Source: an uncultured delta proteobacterium (GTDB lineage Bacteria > Desulfobacterota > Desulfobacteria > Desulfobacterales > QNYZ01). Taken from it: DNA of 64,000 nucleotides. The stretch lies in contig CAWJQU010000002.1 of the NCBI GenBank assembly GCA_963845145.1, positions 128,001 through 192,000 of the forward strand, in the 5' to 3' direction. Under the pieces are notes generated by a model. It was not told where the DNA came from, did no database searches, and was given only the letters and a program-made list of their open reading frames with translations. The translations under genes were made by a program, and so were the position numbers. Below are positions 1-10,529 of this stretch, piece after piece. Within the stretch, counting starts at the first letter, position 1. Every line of letters begins with the position of its first letter.

Positions 1-193
1 TGCCGTCGGCCAATTGGCTTCCCGATTTTCCATCGGGTCGGTTCTGATTCTATTTATTGCCGGAGCGATTTTATTCTATTTTGTGGATGAAAAAAAGGCC
101 GCAGCGGATCTGAAGCGACTTTAATCGAGATGGTTTGTTGCTAAAGCTAAAGTATTTAAAAAGCGGAATGAATGGGTAGAGGTAAAATATATA

Positions 194-1810
194 ATGGACA
201 TCAATGACCTGGTAATCAAAGCCGTCATATTTGACTTTGATGGAACCCTGACTCAACCCGGCGCCCTCGATTTCTCGGTGATAAAAGCAGCGGTAGGCTG
301 CCCCTCTGACACCCCTGTCTTAGAGTATATCAACGCACTTACCGACATAAAACAAAAACAAAAAGCAAATGAAAAGTTGGAAGACTTTGAGACTTCCGGT
401 GCTGCGGACTCAAAACCCGCTGTGGGGGCGGAAGTCCTCATTGGCTTTTTACGGGACAAGAAAATTCCCATCGGCATCGTTACCCGCAACAGCCGCCGAT
501 CCGTCGATCGGGCCTTGAATAACTTTTCACAGGTATCGGCCGCTGATTTTGACCTGATTATATCCCGTGACGATAACCTGGCCCCCAAACCTGACCCGGC
601 AGGCATTGTATATGCATCTGCGTATTTCAACCTTGCCCCGGCCAACCTGCTGATGGTCGGCGATTATTTATTCGATATCGAAGCGGGGAACCGGGCACAA
701 ACGCCCACTGCGCTGATCGCCGAGAATATTGAGGCACCGGGCTTTGTCAGCCACCCCGATATCGTCCTATCCGATCTTAATCAGCTTAAAACCTTTATTG
801 AGATGCATCTTCCCTTGCCGGCCGGAAAATTCCCTAACGATCTTCTGGGTAAGTACCTTGACGAGTTGACCCATAATGACCCCCAGTTGTTGATCAGCCC
901 CGGTGTGGGTGAGGATACAGCGGCGATCGCCATCGAGAACGAAGAGGTGTTGATCCTGAAATCCGATCCCATCACTTTTGCAACGGACGCCATCGGACAA
1001 TACGCCGTATTGGTCAATGCCAACGACATTGCGACGGCCGGTGCAGAACCCCGTTGGCTCCTGTCTACCCTCATCTTCCCGTGCAAAACAACACCGGCGA
1101 AAATACTTGGCATTTTGCGGGATTTAAAAACCCATTGTCAGAAATGGGGTATCACCCTATGCGGTGGGCATACAGAAATCAGCGATGCGGTTAACCGACC
1201 TGTCATCAGCGGCATGATGGTAGGGACGGTGAGTCGTTCCAAATTGGTTGACAAACAAAACATTCGTCAGGGAGACGCGATACTGGTGACCAAAAAAGCG
1301 GCAGTGGAAGGCACCTCTCTGATCGCCAGGGAATTTCCCCAAAGGCTTCTGGATGCGGGTATGACCGAAGACGAGATTAAGTATTGCCGGACATTCATCG
1401 ACCGGATCAGTATCCTGGCCGAGGCCCGCATTGCCAGAGATAATCCGGGCGTCAGCGCCATGCACGATGTCACCGAAGGCGGTTTGGCAACCGCTATATG
1501 GGAGTTAGGTGCCGCGGCAAAGCATACTTTTAAAATTGATTTGGATCGTATTCCAATTTATGCAGAAACGCAAAAAATTAGCGATATGCTGGGTATTGAC
1601 CCCCTGGGATTGATCGCTTCGGGCAGTCTGCTGATTTGTTGTCATCAAGCAAATTGCGAGGGGCTGATTAAAACGGTTCAACAGGCAAATATCGAAATAA
1701 CCATGATCGGAGAGGTCCTTGCACCCGGCACCGGTGTAAAGGCCACCCGGGGTGATCTCCCGACGACCTGGCCACAGTTCGCAACGGATGAAATCACCCA
1801 ATTATTTTAG
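194..1810 (+). CDS. HAD-family phosphatase fused to AIR synthase-like (PurM/HypE/ThiL superfamily) domain
   Basis: N-terminal DFDGTL, KPDP and VGDYLFD HAD motifs; C-terminal PGVGEDTA, SDPITF, NANDIA, GGHTE and MHDVTEGG PurM-like motifs. Confidence 0.85.
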   Translation: MDINDLVIKAVIFDFDGTLTQPGALDFSVIKAAVGCPSDTPVLEYINALTDIKQKQKANEKLEDFETSGAADSKPAVGAEVLIGFLRDKKIPIGIVTRNSRRSVDRALNNFSQVSAADFDLIISRDDNLAPKPDPAGIVYASAYFNLAPANLLMVGDYLFDIEAGNRAQTPTALIAENIEAPGFVSHPDIVLSDLNQLKTFIEMHLPLPAGKFPNDLLGKYLDELTHNDPQLLISPGVGEDTAAIAIENEEVLILKSDPITFATDAIGQYAVLVNANDIATAGAEPRWLLSTLIFPCKTTPAKILGILRDLKTHCQKWGITLCGGHTEISDAVNRPVISGMMVGTVSRSKLVDKQNIRQGDAILVTKKAAVEGTSLIAREFPQRLLDAGMTEDEIKYCRTFIDRISILAEARIARDNPGVSAMHDVTEGGLATAIWELGAAAKHTFKIDLDRIPIYAETQKISDMLGIDPLGLIASGSLLICCHQANCEGLIKTVQQANIEITMIGEVLAPGTGVKATRGDLPTTWPQFATDEITQLF

Positions 1811-1845
1811 CCCGATAGTCTTAGCCGGCTAGTCTTAGCCCGATA
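1807..1845. repeat. Short tandem repeat, 14-bp unit, about 2.8 copies
   Basis: ttagcccgatagtc / ttagccggctagtc / ttagcccgata. Confidence 0.6.
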
Positions 1846-1962
1846 AATGTTGCAGGGTTATTTTAATGACACGATCTTGGTGGCATCGTAAGGCTGCGTT
1901 AAAAAGCCGGGGTCAAACAATCTAATTCGATTTTTTATCCAACCGATCACCTTGCCGACGAA

Positions 1963-2331
1963 CTATCTTCCTGGAACGATAATGCGCGAATCTTCCTGTT
2001 GTTGGGCTTGCTCCTTCTTTTGCATCTCCTGGAGGTTTTTTACAATCTCTTCCAGCGCTTTCTGCATGGCCTGAGGAAAAACATCCATCGCCTCCTCTAA
2101 GGAGTTGGCCACCAGTCGTGATTGTACCGGCACCGGTCCCTCAGGTGACATCAGTTGGGTTTGCCCCAGATAAATCGGTGTACGGCCGGGGTCGTCCGTC
2201 CCATCAGTGTTTACCGGGACGAGGCGTCGAATTGAGGCCACTTTCAGATCGGTAAAAGATTCCTCTCGAAAAAGACCTTTTCGATCAACCGTAAAATCGA
2301 TTTCCTGGGGCTGCGCGTTCTCGTTCATCAT
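1963..2331 (-). CDS. Conserved hypothetical cytoplasmic protein
   Basis: 122-aa ORF with upstream AAGGGAG RBS; FREESFTDLKVASIRRL and C-terminal SRIIVPG. Confidence 0.7.
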   Translation of the reverse strand: MMNENAQPQEIDFTVDRKGLFREESFTDLKVASIRRLVPVNTDGTDDPGRTPIYLGQTQLMSPEGPVPVQSRLVANSLEEAMDVFPQAMQKALEEIVKNLQEMQKKEQAQQQEDSRIIVPGR

Positions 2332-2547
2332 CTTACTCCCTTCTTTGGGTTAGTTTTTTCTCTGGTAAAACCTATTTCAATATATTTGTCAATTCTCTTT
2401 GAAAAAAATGACAAAGATAAGAGCCGTTAAAATAAAAGACGGTTCCAAGAAAACCACAATGATACCGTGATCCTACGCTTAACTATAACAGCGGCGGAAA
2501 CGCCGGTTGGCAGGAAAAGATATGATAGGGGCGAAGCGGAGGTAGCA

Positions 2548-2997
2548 TCAATCAATATTCACACGGATTTGTTGAGGTTTTTCTTCTTCCGGTTTGGCAA
2601 TACTGACTTTCAGAATTCCGTCTTTGAATTGGGCGCTGATTTTTTTGGGATTTACCTGATATTCGAGACTGAAGGAGCGCTGAAAAGTGCCGAAGCACCT
2701 TTCCCGCCGGTAATACCTGTCATTGGGTACCAGATCATCCGCCTTTCGCTCGCCTTTCAGGGTCAAAACATTCTCCTTGACCTCAACACTCACATCTTCT
2801 TTGTTTACCCCAGGCAGCTCCGCCTTTACGATCAGACCTTCTTCGGTTTCGAAGATATCCACAACAGGGCGCCAAGCGCACAAAGAGAGATCGTCTCCGC
2901 TTTCGCCACAACGCGGGAAAGCATCTTCAAACAACCGATTGATGCGTTCTTGCAAAGTATTCACCTGCCCATAGGGTTCCCATTTAATAATCGCCAT
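2548..2997 (-). CDS. Hsp20/alpha-crystallin small heat shock protein
   Basis: PVVDIFET, AELPGV, ERCFGTFQRSF and FKDGIL motifs; GGAGG RBS. Confidence 0.95.
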   Translation of the reverse strand: MAIIKWEPYGQVNTLQERINRLFEDAFPRCGESGDDLSLCAWRPVVDIFETEEGLIVKAELPGVNKEDVSVEVKENVLTLKGERKADDLVPNDRYYRRERCFGTFQRSFSLEYQVNPKKISAQFKDGILKVSIAKPEEEKPQQIRVNID

Positions 2998-3160
2998 GGT
3001 TTACACCTCCGTCCGTTTTATCGAAAAAATAACCACCGCACTATTCATGTCAAGCGCGTTTGCCCAATAGCGCAGGCCGATCTCCTGACATACCCCAAAA
3101 AAGGTAGAAAACGGTGGTGCCCAACTAGAATGTAACCGCTTCCGTACGTCTCAAAGCGGT

Positions 3161-3190
3161 TTTACAAAACGGATCTTTATATGCTATAAT
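3161..3190 (+). promoter_or_regulatory. Putative sigma70 promoter (extended -10) for hsp20-lon
   Basis: TTTACA, 18-nt spacer, TATAAT with TGn extension, 56 nt upstream of hsp20. Confidence 0.5.
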
Positions 3191-3246
3191 GCTCGGGTCA
3201 GATTGATTGACCCATAATATCTCATCCAAGACCACAGAGGCCCCAA

Positions 3247-3693
3247 ATGGATTATATTAAGATACGATTCGGTGGTGATTTTGACGACCTGACATCGAAC
3301 CTGGATCGATCGTTTTCCGATATGTTCAGCGATTTAAAGCCCCAATTCAGGTTAGCAAACCAATCTTGGAACCCTGCCGTGGATATTTACCAGACTCCGA
3401 AAGAGATGATTGTTCGGATGGAAATCGCCGGGGTTGAAAAAGAAGATTTGAGTATAGAAATCAACAGCAGGGCTGTTCGCATTCGCGGGCGGCGAAGTGA
3501 ATTAGCTCGCCTGGCTGATTCGGCCTACCGCCTGGCGGAAATTCAGTACGGGCGATTTGAGCGGGTCTTGTACCTGCCGGAACCCATTGACCCGCAAAGT
3601 GTAACTTCTACTTACCTTAACGGATTTTTGGAAATTCATATGGCCCGGTTCAGACAGGAGAAAACGCATAAAATACCCATTCAAAACGGATAA
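3247..3693 (+). CDS. Hsp20/alpha-crystallin small heat shock protein
   Basis: NPAVDIYQT, EIAGV, EIQYGRFER and YLNGFL motifs. Confidence 0.93.
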   Translation: MDYIKIRFGGDFDDLTSNLDRSFSDMFSDLKPQFRLANQSWNPAVDIYQTPKEMIVRMEIAGVEKEDLSIEINSRAVRIRGRRSELARLADSAYRLAEIQYGRFERVLYLPEPIDPQSVTSTYLNGFLEIHMARFRQEKTHKIPIQNG

Positions 3694-3780
3694 TGCTTAC
3701 AGTTTTAGAACGATCACCGGCATGATACAATCGACCGCGAACGTTAGATAAAAAGACCGGAGGCATCAATGGCCGACCAG

Positions 3781-3920
3781 AAAAATAAAAATCAGAAAAA
3801 TAAAAGCAAAAAAAATAAAGACCTGGAAAATAAAAACATAGAAAAGAAAACCCAGGAAAGAATAACCGGGGAAAAATAACCCGGAAAATAATAACCGATA
3901 ATAATAACCGGGATAATAAC
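3781..3920 (+). repeat. Degenerate A-rich repeats (about 15-nt unit) encoding a K/N-rich low-complexity Lon N-terminus
   Basis: aaaaataaaaatcag / aaaaataaaagcaaa / aaaaataaagacctg / gaaaataaaaacata ... aataaccgg units. Confidence 0.7.
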
Positions 3921-3941
3921 AAGAAAGTTCCCCCGGAGACA

Positions 3942-6266
3942 TTGCCGGAAATACTTCCTATACTACCCCTGTTTGATACCGTCTTGTTCCCGAAGATGGT
4001 TCTTCCTTTGGTAGTCATGCAAAAAAAATCTGTCCAGCTCGTTGATGAGGCCATGCAGGCCAATCGCATCATTGGGTTGCAACTCGCAAAGCATAAACCG
4101 GAAGATGGCGACCCCGATGAGAAAGATCTGTATCAAATCGGTACCGGTGCCATGATATTGAAAATGGCCAAGAGTAGCGAAGATAAGGCGCAGCTTCTGG
4201 TTCAGGGGCTGGAAAGATTTAAAACCACAGAATACCTGCCCGGTAAAACTTATCTTCAGGGAAAAGTAACACCTATCACCGAGATTGAAACCAAGGACAC
4301 TGAAACCGAAGCCCTCCATAAAAATCTGTTGACCTTGTTTGTGCGCATCGTTGAGTTATCGCCGGGATTACCCCAGGAAGTCGGGGCCATGGCCAGTTCC
4401 ATCAAAGAGCCCGGCACCCTGGCTGATATGATTGCCTCCTCCATTGACACGTCTTATACGGACAAACAAGCCGTTTTAGAAGAACGAAATGTGAAAAAAC
4501 GGCTCAAGGCAGTAACGAGTCAGGCCAATCACCAGCTACAGGTCCTGGAGTTGGGAAGCAAAATTCAATCCCAGGTCAAAGGGGACATGGAAAAGGGACA
4601 GCGCGAGTACTACTTGAGGCAACAACTAAAAGCGATCAAGGAGGAACTAGGCGAAACCGATGAATCCCAGGTGGAAGTTGAAGAACTCCGGGCTAAAATT
4701 ACCGAAAAGAACCTACCGGAAGAAGCCTCAAAGGAGGCCGAAAGGGAGCTAGCGCGACTATCGCGTATGCATCCATCGTCAGCGGAATACACGGTGGCTT
4801 CTACTTACCTGGACTGGCTGACCGCCCTGCCCTGGCATGACCGCACGACCGACAATTTGAACATTACCAAAGCCCGCAAAATTCTAGACCGGGACCACTA
4901 CGGCCTGGCCAAGGCCAAAAAGCGAATTATCGAGTATCTGGCCGTCCGTAAGTTAAAAGCCGACTCCAAGGGGCCTATACTTTGCTTTGTCGGCCCTCCG
5001 GGTACGGGCAAAACATCTTTGGGTGCCTCCATCGCCAAGGCTATGGGAAGAAATTTTCATCGCATTAGCTTAGGCGGTGTCCGTGATGAGGCCGAAATTA
5101 GAGGGCATAGACGAACCTACGTGGGGGCCTTACCTGGCCGAATCATCCAAGGGTTGCGACGGGCCGGTTCCAATAACCCGATTTTCATGCTCGATGAAAT
5201 CGATAAGGTGGGAAGCGACTTCCGAGGCGACCCTTCTTCCGCTCTTTTGGAAGTACTTGATCCGGAGCAAAACCACTCCTTCACCGATCACTATCTGGAC
5301 GTGGCCTTTGATTTATCCAACGTCATGTTTATTACGACGGCCAACATCCTTGACACAATCCCCCCCGCGCTAAGAGATCGCATGGAAGTGCTGCCCCTAT
5401 CGGGATATACCGAGGAAGAAAAAATTAAAATCGCCAACCGTTACCTCATCCCCAGGCAACGCAGAGCCCATGGACTCTCGTCGAAACAATTCGCGTTAAC
5501 CAATGGAGCCGTCCGGCGATTGATCACAGGGTATACACGGGAAGCCGGGTTGCGTAACCTGGAACGTGAAATCGCCGCTATCTGCCGAGGCGCCGCAGCT
5601 AGAATTGTTGAAGGAAAAAAGAAGAAGGTGGCCCTTCGCGTAGAAGACCTTTCCGACTACATCGGCCCCGTCCGAATGACCGCTGAAACCCGCTCCCGCA
5701 TGTTGATTCCGGGCATCGCCCTTGGCCTGGCCTGGACGCAAACCGGCGGAGAACTGCTATTTATCGAAGCGACGGCCATGAAGGGGGGGAAGGGGTTAAC
5801 CCTGACAGGTCAATTGGGTGATGTCATGAAAGAGTCCGCCACGACGGCCTTAAGCTTCATTCGTACCAATGCCTCAAAACTGGACATTGACGAAGACTTT
5901 TTTGAAACCAACGACATCCATATCCATGTTCCCGCTGGTGCCATTCCCAAAGATGGCCCTTCGGCTGGGGTCACCATGTTGACGGCCCTGGCATCCCTGC
6001 TCATGGGGCAACCCATAAAAAAAGATCTCGCCATGACCGGCGAAATCACCCTGCGGGGCCAGGTGCTTCCCGTGGGCGGTATCAAAGAGAAGGTCTTGGC
6101 TGCACATCGGTCCGGGGTCAAAACGCTTATTCTTCCTGAAGCCAATCAGAAAGATCTGGAGGATATCCCCAAAAAAGTTCGCGATACGATCGCTTTTCAT
6201 TTTGCCGGTAAAATGACTGATGTTCTTAAAATAGCCCTAACATCGAAAAAAACAAGCGTCGGTTGA
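3942..6266 (+). CDS. lon: ATP-dependent Lon protease; true start probably ATG 3769, with a frameshift in the repeat
   Basis: LON N domain, GPPGTGKT Walker A, LDEIDK Walker B, PKDGPSAG catalytic Ser, GGIKEK. Confidence 0.97.
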   Translation: MPEILPILPLFDTVLFPKMVLPLVVMQKKSVQLVDEAMQANRIIGLQLAKHKPEDGDPDEKDLYQIGTGAMILKMAKSSEDKAQLLVQGLERFKTTEYLPGKTYLQGKVTPITEIETKDTETEALHKNLLTLFVRIVELSPGLPQEVGAMASSIKEPGTLADMIASSIDTSYTDKQAVLEERNVKKRLKAVTSQANHQLQVLELGSKIQSQVKGDMEKGQREYYLRQQLKAIKEELGETDESQVEVEELRAKITEKNLPEEASKEAERELARLSRMHPSSAEYTVASTYLDWLTALPWHDRTTDNLNITKARKILDRDHYGLAKAKKRIIEYLAVRKLKADSKGPILCFVGPPGTGKTSLGASIAKAMGRNFHRISLGGVRDEAEIRGHRRTYVGALPGRIIQGLRRAGSNNPIFMLDEIDKVGSDFRGDPSSALLEVLDPEQNHSFTDHYLDVAFDLSNVMFITTANILDTIPPALRDRMEVLPLSGYTEEEKIKIANRYLIPRQRRAHGLSSKQFALTNGAVRRLITGYTREAGLRNLEREIAAICRGAAARIVEGKKKKVALRVEDLSDYIGPVRMTAETRSRMLIPGIALGLAWTQTGGELLFIEATAMKGGKGLTLTGQLGDVMKESATTALSFIRTNASKLDIDEDFFETNDIHIHVPAGAIPKDGPSAGVTMLTALASLLMGQPIKKDLAMTGEITLRGQVLPVGGIKEKVLAAHRSGVKTLILPEANQKDLEDIPKKVRDTIAFHFAGKMTDVLKIALTSKKTSVG

Positions 6267-7057
6267 TGAACCGATCCCCCAAGGATAGTCCCCGGCCCGT
6301 CAACAAAGGACACCGAGTATCACTTATAAAGATGCTATCGGTAGTGATCCTGCTGGCGGCCATAGCGATAACCGGCTGCTCGCGCCATTCGACCTCGACA
6401 CCTCCCCGACAGCCCGGTGCACCCAAGCCATACAAGGTTTTAGGCAAATGGTATCAACCCTTGCCCAATAGCCAGGGATTTACGCAAAAGGGGTTGGCTT
6501 CCTGGTACGGCAAAAAATTTCATGGCCGCAAAACAGCCAACGGTGAGCGCTACGACATGTATGGTGTCAGCGCAGCCCACAAGACGCTTCCTTTAGGGAC
6601 CTGGGTGCGCGTGCTCAACCTTGAAAACCAACATTCCCTTGATATTCGCATTAATGATCGCGGTCCTTTTGTTCGTGGGCGCGTCATCGATCTGTCTTAC
6701 GGTGCCGCAAAAAGAATCGGTTTGATCGGACCAGGAACAGCCAAAGTTGAGCTTATCGCTCTGGGAAAAACCGGTGCACCACGTCCGGATGGGAAGCCCA
6801 CCTATCAACCCGTGGATTACCACCAGGGTAATTTTACGTTTCAGGTGGGTGCTTTTATAAACCGCTTGAATGCCGAAAACTTCGTGCGCAAGCTTGACGC
6901 TACTTATTTGAATGCACATATGGTGACAAGTCGTGAAGGCGAGGACATACTCTATCGCGTCCGGGTGGGTCACAGCAATACCCTTTCCCAGGCAACAGAA
7001 TATGAGAACTACCTGGTCAAAAACGGTTTCCCCGATGCATTTACCGTGGCCGAATAG
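6263..7057 (+). CDS. rlpA: Septal ring lytic transglycosylase RlpA lipoprotein with SPOR domain
   Basis: Lipobox ITGC; GLASWYG, TANGE, AAHKTLP, INDRGPF, IDLS; C-terminal QVGAF SPOR motif. Confidence 0.93.
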   Translation: MMNRSPKDSPRPVNKGHRVSLIKMLSVVILLAAIAITGCSRHSTSTPPRQPGAPKPYKVLGKWYQPLPNSQGFTQKGLASWYGKKFHGRKTANGERYDMYGVSAAHKTLPLGTWVRVLNLENQHSLDIRINDRGPFVRGRVIDLSYGAAKRIGLIGPGTAKVELIALGKTGAPRPDGKPTYQPVDYHQGNFTFQVGAFINRLNAENFVRKLDATYLNAHMVTSREGEDILYRVRVGHSNTLSQATEYENYLVKNGFPDAFTVAE

Positions 7058-7099
7058 AGAGGGTAAACCGTGTTTGACTTCTTGGGCCCTGCGTAGTCT

Positions 7100-9319
7100 A
7101 TGACGCATCGCTCCCAACCGCCCCACGCTCGACCTTCACCTGCCGCCCAAATCAGCATCACCGGCCATCTGGATAAAATCACCTTTCGCAATTCCGAAAA
7201 TCACTATACCGTGGCCCGCCTTCGCGTCAGTACGACCGATAGCCTGATCACCGTTATCGGTTATCTGCCGGGAGCGCAGCCCGGTGAAACCATTAAAATA
7301 AATGGCGAATGGGAAACCCATCCCCGTTTTGGCGAACAGTTCCGTGTGAATCTCTTTGAGATTTTACTACCCGATACCATTGAAGGCATTCGCCAATACT
7401 TAAGCGCCGGCCTGATTAAAGGGATTGGCCCGAAAATGGTATCCCGAATCGTGGATCATTTTGGTAAAAAAACCCTGACCATTATTGAAAAATCCCCGCT
7501 TCAATTAACTGAAGTATCGGGTGTGGGCCAAAAATCCGCCCAACGTATCGGTGACGCCTGGCAGCAGCAGCATACCGTCCGCGGGTTGATGCAATTTCTT
7601 CAGGAGAACCGTCTATCAACCGCTTACTGTGCCCGACTGATCAGCCTCTACGGCGATGAGGCCATTGAGGTCCTACAGAAGAGCCCCTATCAAATCGCCC
7701 TGGATTGGCCTAAGGTTGGATTTAAAATCGCCGATACCATTGCCGTCAGCCGGGGATTAGCCAAAGACGATCCGGATCGCGCTAAAGCATGTCTTCTCCA
7801 TCTGATCACCATGGATGCCGACGAGGGGCATGCCCTGGCCGAGAAGGAGAATCTGACCCAACGATGCGTGGCTCTGTTTGACGTGGCATCGGAGTGTGTG
7901 CAGCTCGCCCTTGATCAACTAAGTACCGATGGCGAATTGGTCGAAGAAGCGGATTTGTTGCCTGACCATCGCCGGGCTATTTATCTCAAAAATATCCATC
8001 GCGCCGAAATAGGAATCGTCCAAAAACTGGATGCACTCAACCGGATTCCCCTGCCCATGATTGCAATGGATCATGAATGGATGGCCGAGGAAATTGTCAG
8101 GAAGCTGGCAATTTCACTTTCCGACGAACAGCGTGGCGTTCTCGAAGGCCTTCTGAACCACCGGGTAACGGTTCTCACCGGTGGCCCCGGAACTGGTAAA
8201 ACGACCCTCATTCGCTCCTTGGCTGCCGTATATACTGCCCGAGGGCAGAGCGTGATCCTGGCGGCACCTACCGGCCGGGCCGCGAAACGATTATCCGAAG
8301 TGAGCGGCCAGCCGGCATCCACCATTCATCGTTTGTTACGTTTCAACGTCCAGACCGGCCTCTTCGATAAAAATCGGGACGATCCTCTGGATGCAGATAT
8401 CGTCATAATCGATGAAGCTTCAATGGTCGACACATTACTCATGAATCACCTGTTGGATGCCGTTCATCTGAACACAGCCGTAGTTTTCGTAGGGGATGTT
8501 TTTCAACTTCCGCCGGTGGGACCCGGCAATGTGCTCGCTGACCTGATCGAAACGGGCACGATTGCGACTTTCCAACTGACCCGCATTTTTCGTCAGGCTC
8601 AACAAAGCCCCATTATTACCAATGCTCACCGAATACGAACCGGGAAATCTCCAGATCTCACCCCCAGCGAATCCTTTGAGATACTAAACGATTTTTACTT
8701 CATCGAAATGATTAATCCTGCCTCGGCCGTCGCGACCATCGGCCAACTTTGTGCTGATCGAATACCAGAACGGTTTAATCTCGACCCCATTGCGGATATT
8801 CAGGTCATAACCCCCATGCACAAAGGTGATGTGGGAACGATTAACCTGAATCGGGCGCTGCAAAAACGACTGAACCCAAAAGGGAGGCATCCAGGCCAAC
8901 CCGCCGGCACTTATCGTAGAGGGGATAAGGTGATGCATCTAAAAAACAACTACCTCAAGGAAGTGTTTAATGGCGATATCGGAAGAATCGAAAATGTGAA
9001 AGAAAAAAACGGCGGTCTTGTTGTCGACTACGATGATCACCGTGTTGACTATGACAGCACCGAATTGGAAGAATTAACCCTGGCCTACGCCGTTTCGGTC
9101 CACAAAGCTCAAGGGTCCGAATATCCGGCGGTGATCCTGCCCCTTTTCACCCAGCACTATCCCTTGCTTCAACGCAACCTGTTATACACAGCCATAACGC
9201 GGGGGAAAAAACTGGTTATTCTTATCGGCACTCCGCGCGCCGTTGAAATTGCGCTGGCCAACAATACGCCGCGACAGCGGTTGTCAGGCCTCGCCCATCG
9301 CCTAAAACGTCTTGAGTGA
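7100..9319 (+). CDS. recD2: ATP-dependent RecD2-like DNA helicase
   Basis: HhH motif IKGIGP; GGPGTGKT, APTGRAA, DEASM, FNGDIG, HKAQGSEY. Confidence 0.95.
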   Translation: MTHRSQPPHARPSPAAQISITGHLDKITFRNSENHYTVARLRVSTTDSLITVIGYLPGAQPGETIKINGEWETHPRFGEQFRVNLFEILLPDTIEGIRQYLSAGLIKGIGPKMVSRIVDHFGKKTLTIIEKSPLQLTEVSGVGQKSAQRIGDAWQQQHTVRGLMQFLQENRLSTAYCARLISLYGDEAIEVLQKSPYQIALDWPKVGFKIADTIAVSRGLAKDDPDRAKACLLHLITMDADEGHALAEKENLTQRCVALFDVASECVQLALDQLSTDGELVEEADLLPDHRRAIYLKNIHRAEIGIVQKLDALNRIPLPMIAMDHEWMAEEIVRKLAISLSDEQRGVLEGLLNHRVTVLTGGPGTGKTTLIRSLAAVYTARGQSVILAAPTGRAAKRLSEVSGQPASTIHRLLRFNVQTGLFDKNRDDPLDADIVIIDEASMVDTLLMNHLLDAVHLNTAVVFVGDVFQLPPVGPGNVLADLIETGTIATFQLTRIFRQAQQSPIITNAHRIRTGKSPDLTPSESFEILNDFYFIEMINPASAVATIGQLCADRIPERFNLDPIADIQVITPMHKGDVGTINLNRALQKRLNPKGRHPGQPAGTYRRGDKVMHLKNNYLKEVFNGDIGRIENVKEKNGGLVVDYDDHRVDYDSTELEELTLAYAVSVHKAQGSEYPAVILPLFTQHYPLLQRNLLYTAITRGKKLVILIGTPRAVEIALANNTPRQRLSGLAHRLKRLE

Positions 9320-9444
9320 TCACTACCAGCCTAACGATCCCGCACACCATCAATCCAAGAAAATGAGCTGCAAATACCGAACGCAGCCATCACGACCAGC
9401 AAATGTGTGACGCCATCTCATTCTGAACGAAGTTGGGATGACCT

Positions 9445-10122
9445 TTAAAACTGGTAAGCAACGCCGATGCAAAAAACAGGGTAGAGCCTGAATTTTTTTG
9501 TTTCATCCTCAATCTCCGCCTCTTCGTTGCGAAGGTGGCGACGGAACTCAGGGTTCGAGGCGATCGGGCCCGTGGCCGAGAGGTCGGCTTGGGGCGCTCC
9601 CTGAAACAAAAGGCCCAGATCCATAAAGAAACTGACCCGGTGCTTCTCTCCTACAGAATTACCCCATCCGATACCCAGATAGGGCGAAACACGATTAAAG
9701 TCGATGGTACCATCCAGTTCACCGACATCTTGGCGGGAATAGGCAACATCGTCAATGATAAACAGGGGATCGTTCGTGCGGGCCTGTAAATCGACGTTGT
9801 TACCGTTTATCACAACACCGGCACTCAGTCGGAAGGCGCTTTGAAGAAAATGCCAGTCTGCCATCAGGGAGCCGGAAAGCAAATTGAAATCAAACTCATA
9901 ATCGATATCATCGATTTTTTGATCGTAGGTGTAGCTAAATGCGTTTATCCCGACCCGGGCGTTTACGTGGGGTAAAATTCCGTAAGTCATTTCCACCCCC
10001 AGTCCGAGTGTGCCGAGTTTGGCCCCCAACGCCACGTTACCAGTGTCCCCTTCAGCAATAGCACCATTTATCAGGAACAACAGGCAGCCAAGAAAAACGA
10101 TAGGCATTCGGTGTCGCTTCAT
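9445..10122 (-). CDS. Putative outer-membrane beta-barrel protein
   Basis: AGGAGG RBS, signal peptide, GTLGLG and PYLGIGW strands, terminal YQF. Confidence 0.7.
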   Translation of the reverse strand: MKRHRMPIVFLGCLLFLINGAIAEGDTGNVALGAKLGTLGLGVEMTYGILPHVNARVGINAFSYTYDQKIDDIDYEFDFNLLSGSLMADWHFLQSAFRLSAGVVINGNNVDLQARTNDPLFIIDDVAYSRQDVGELDGTIDFNRVSPYLGIGWGNSVGEKHRVSFFMDLGLLFQGAPQADLSATGPIASNPEFRRHLRNEEAEIEDETKKFRLYPVFCIGVAYQF

Positions 10123-10529
10123 TGTCATCCTCCTATATTGGGCATCCGCAGTGAGTTCATGCCGGTACCACAGCGAGTGCGGATATACCATTGTTGTGTA
10201 TTAGAAACAACCTCAGGCAATAGGAAGCGCCGGCCGTCTCAACCTTTCACTGGCCGGATGAGCACCCATAACCCGAATTCATGTCGCCTGATACACTTTC
10301 CTAAAAGAAGCGAGGTGGCAAGGGCCTTGATAGCCCGGTGCAATTGTGTTAATGCTCATAAAATTTTTAATGATTTAATCGGTTCACTGTTACCTTGTTG
10401 TATCCTGTTTATTTTAAACAAGATAAAGTAAATACAATATCGGTTCTTTAGTCGATAGAATTCCGGATATGTGATAAGCGAAAACGATACCGCCAATTAC
10501 CTGATTGATCGAGTGAAGGATTAACGTCC

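Noticed and set aside
800..1810. SelD, or true HypE/ThiL
   Set aside because: No SelD Cys/Sec-x-x-Lys motif and no hyp or thi context; only superfamily-level similarity
1807..1845. CRISPR array
   Set aside because: Short tandem repeat without spacers; no cas genes or arrays seen in the window
2467..3135. 222-aa plus-strand ORF and similar antisense ORFs across the window
   Set aside because: Shadow frames of well-supported genes on the opposite strand
2998..3246. CIRCE element or RNA thermometer at the hsp20 genes
   Set aside because: No TTAGCACTC-N9-GAGTGCTAA seen; the gggtca/tgaccc hairpin does not cover the RBS
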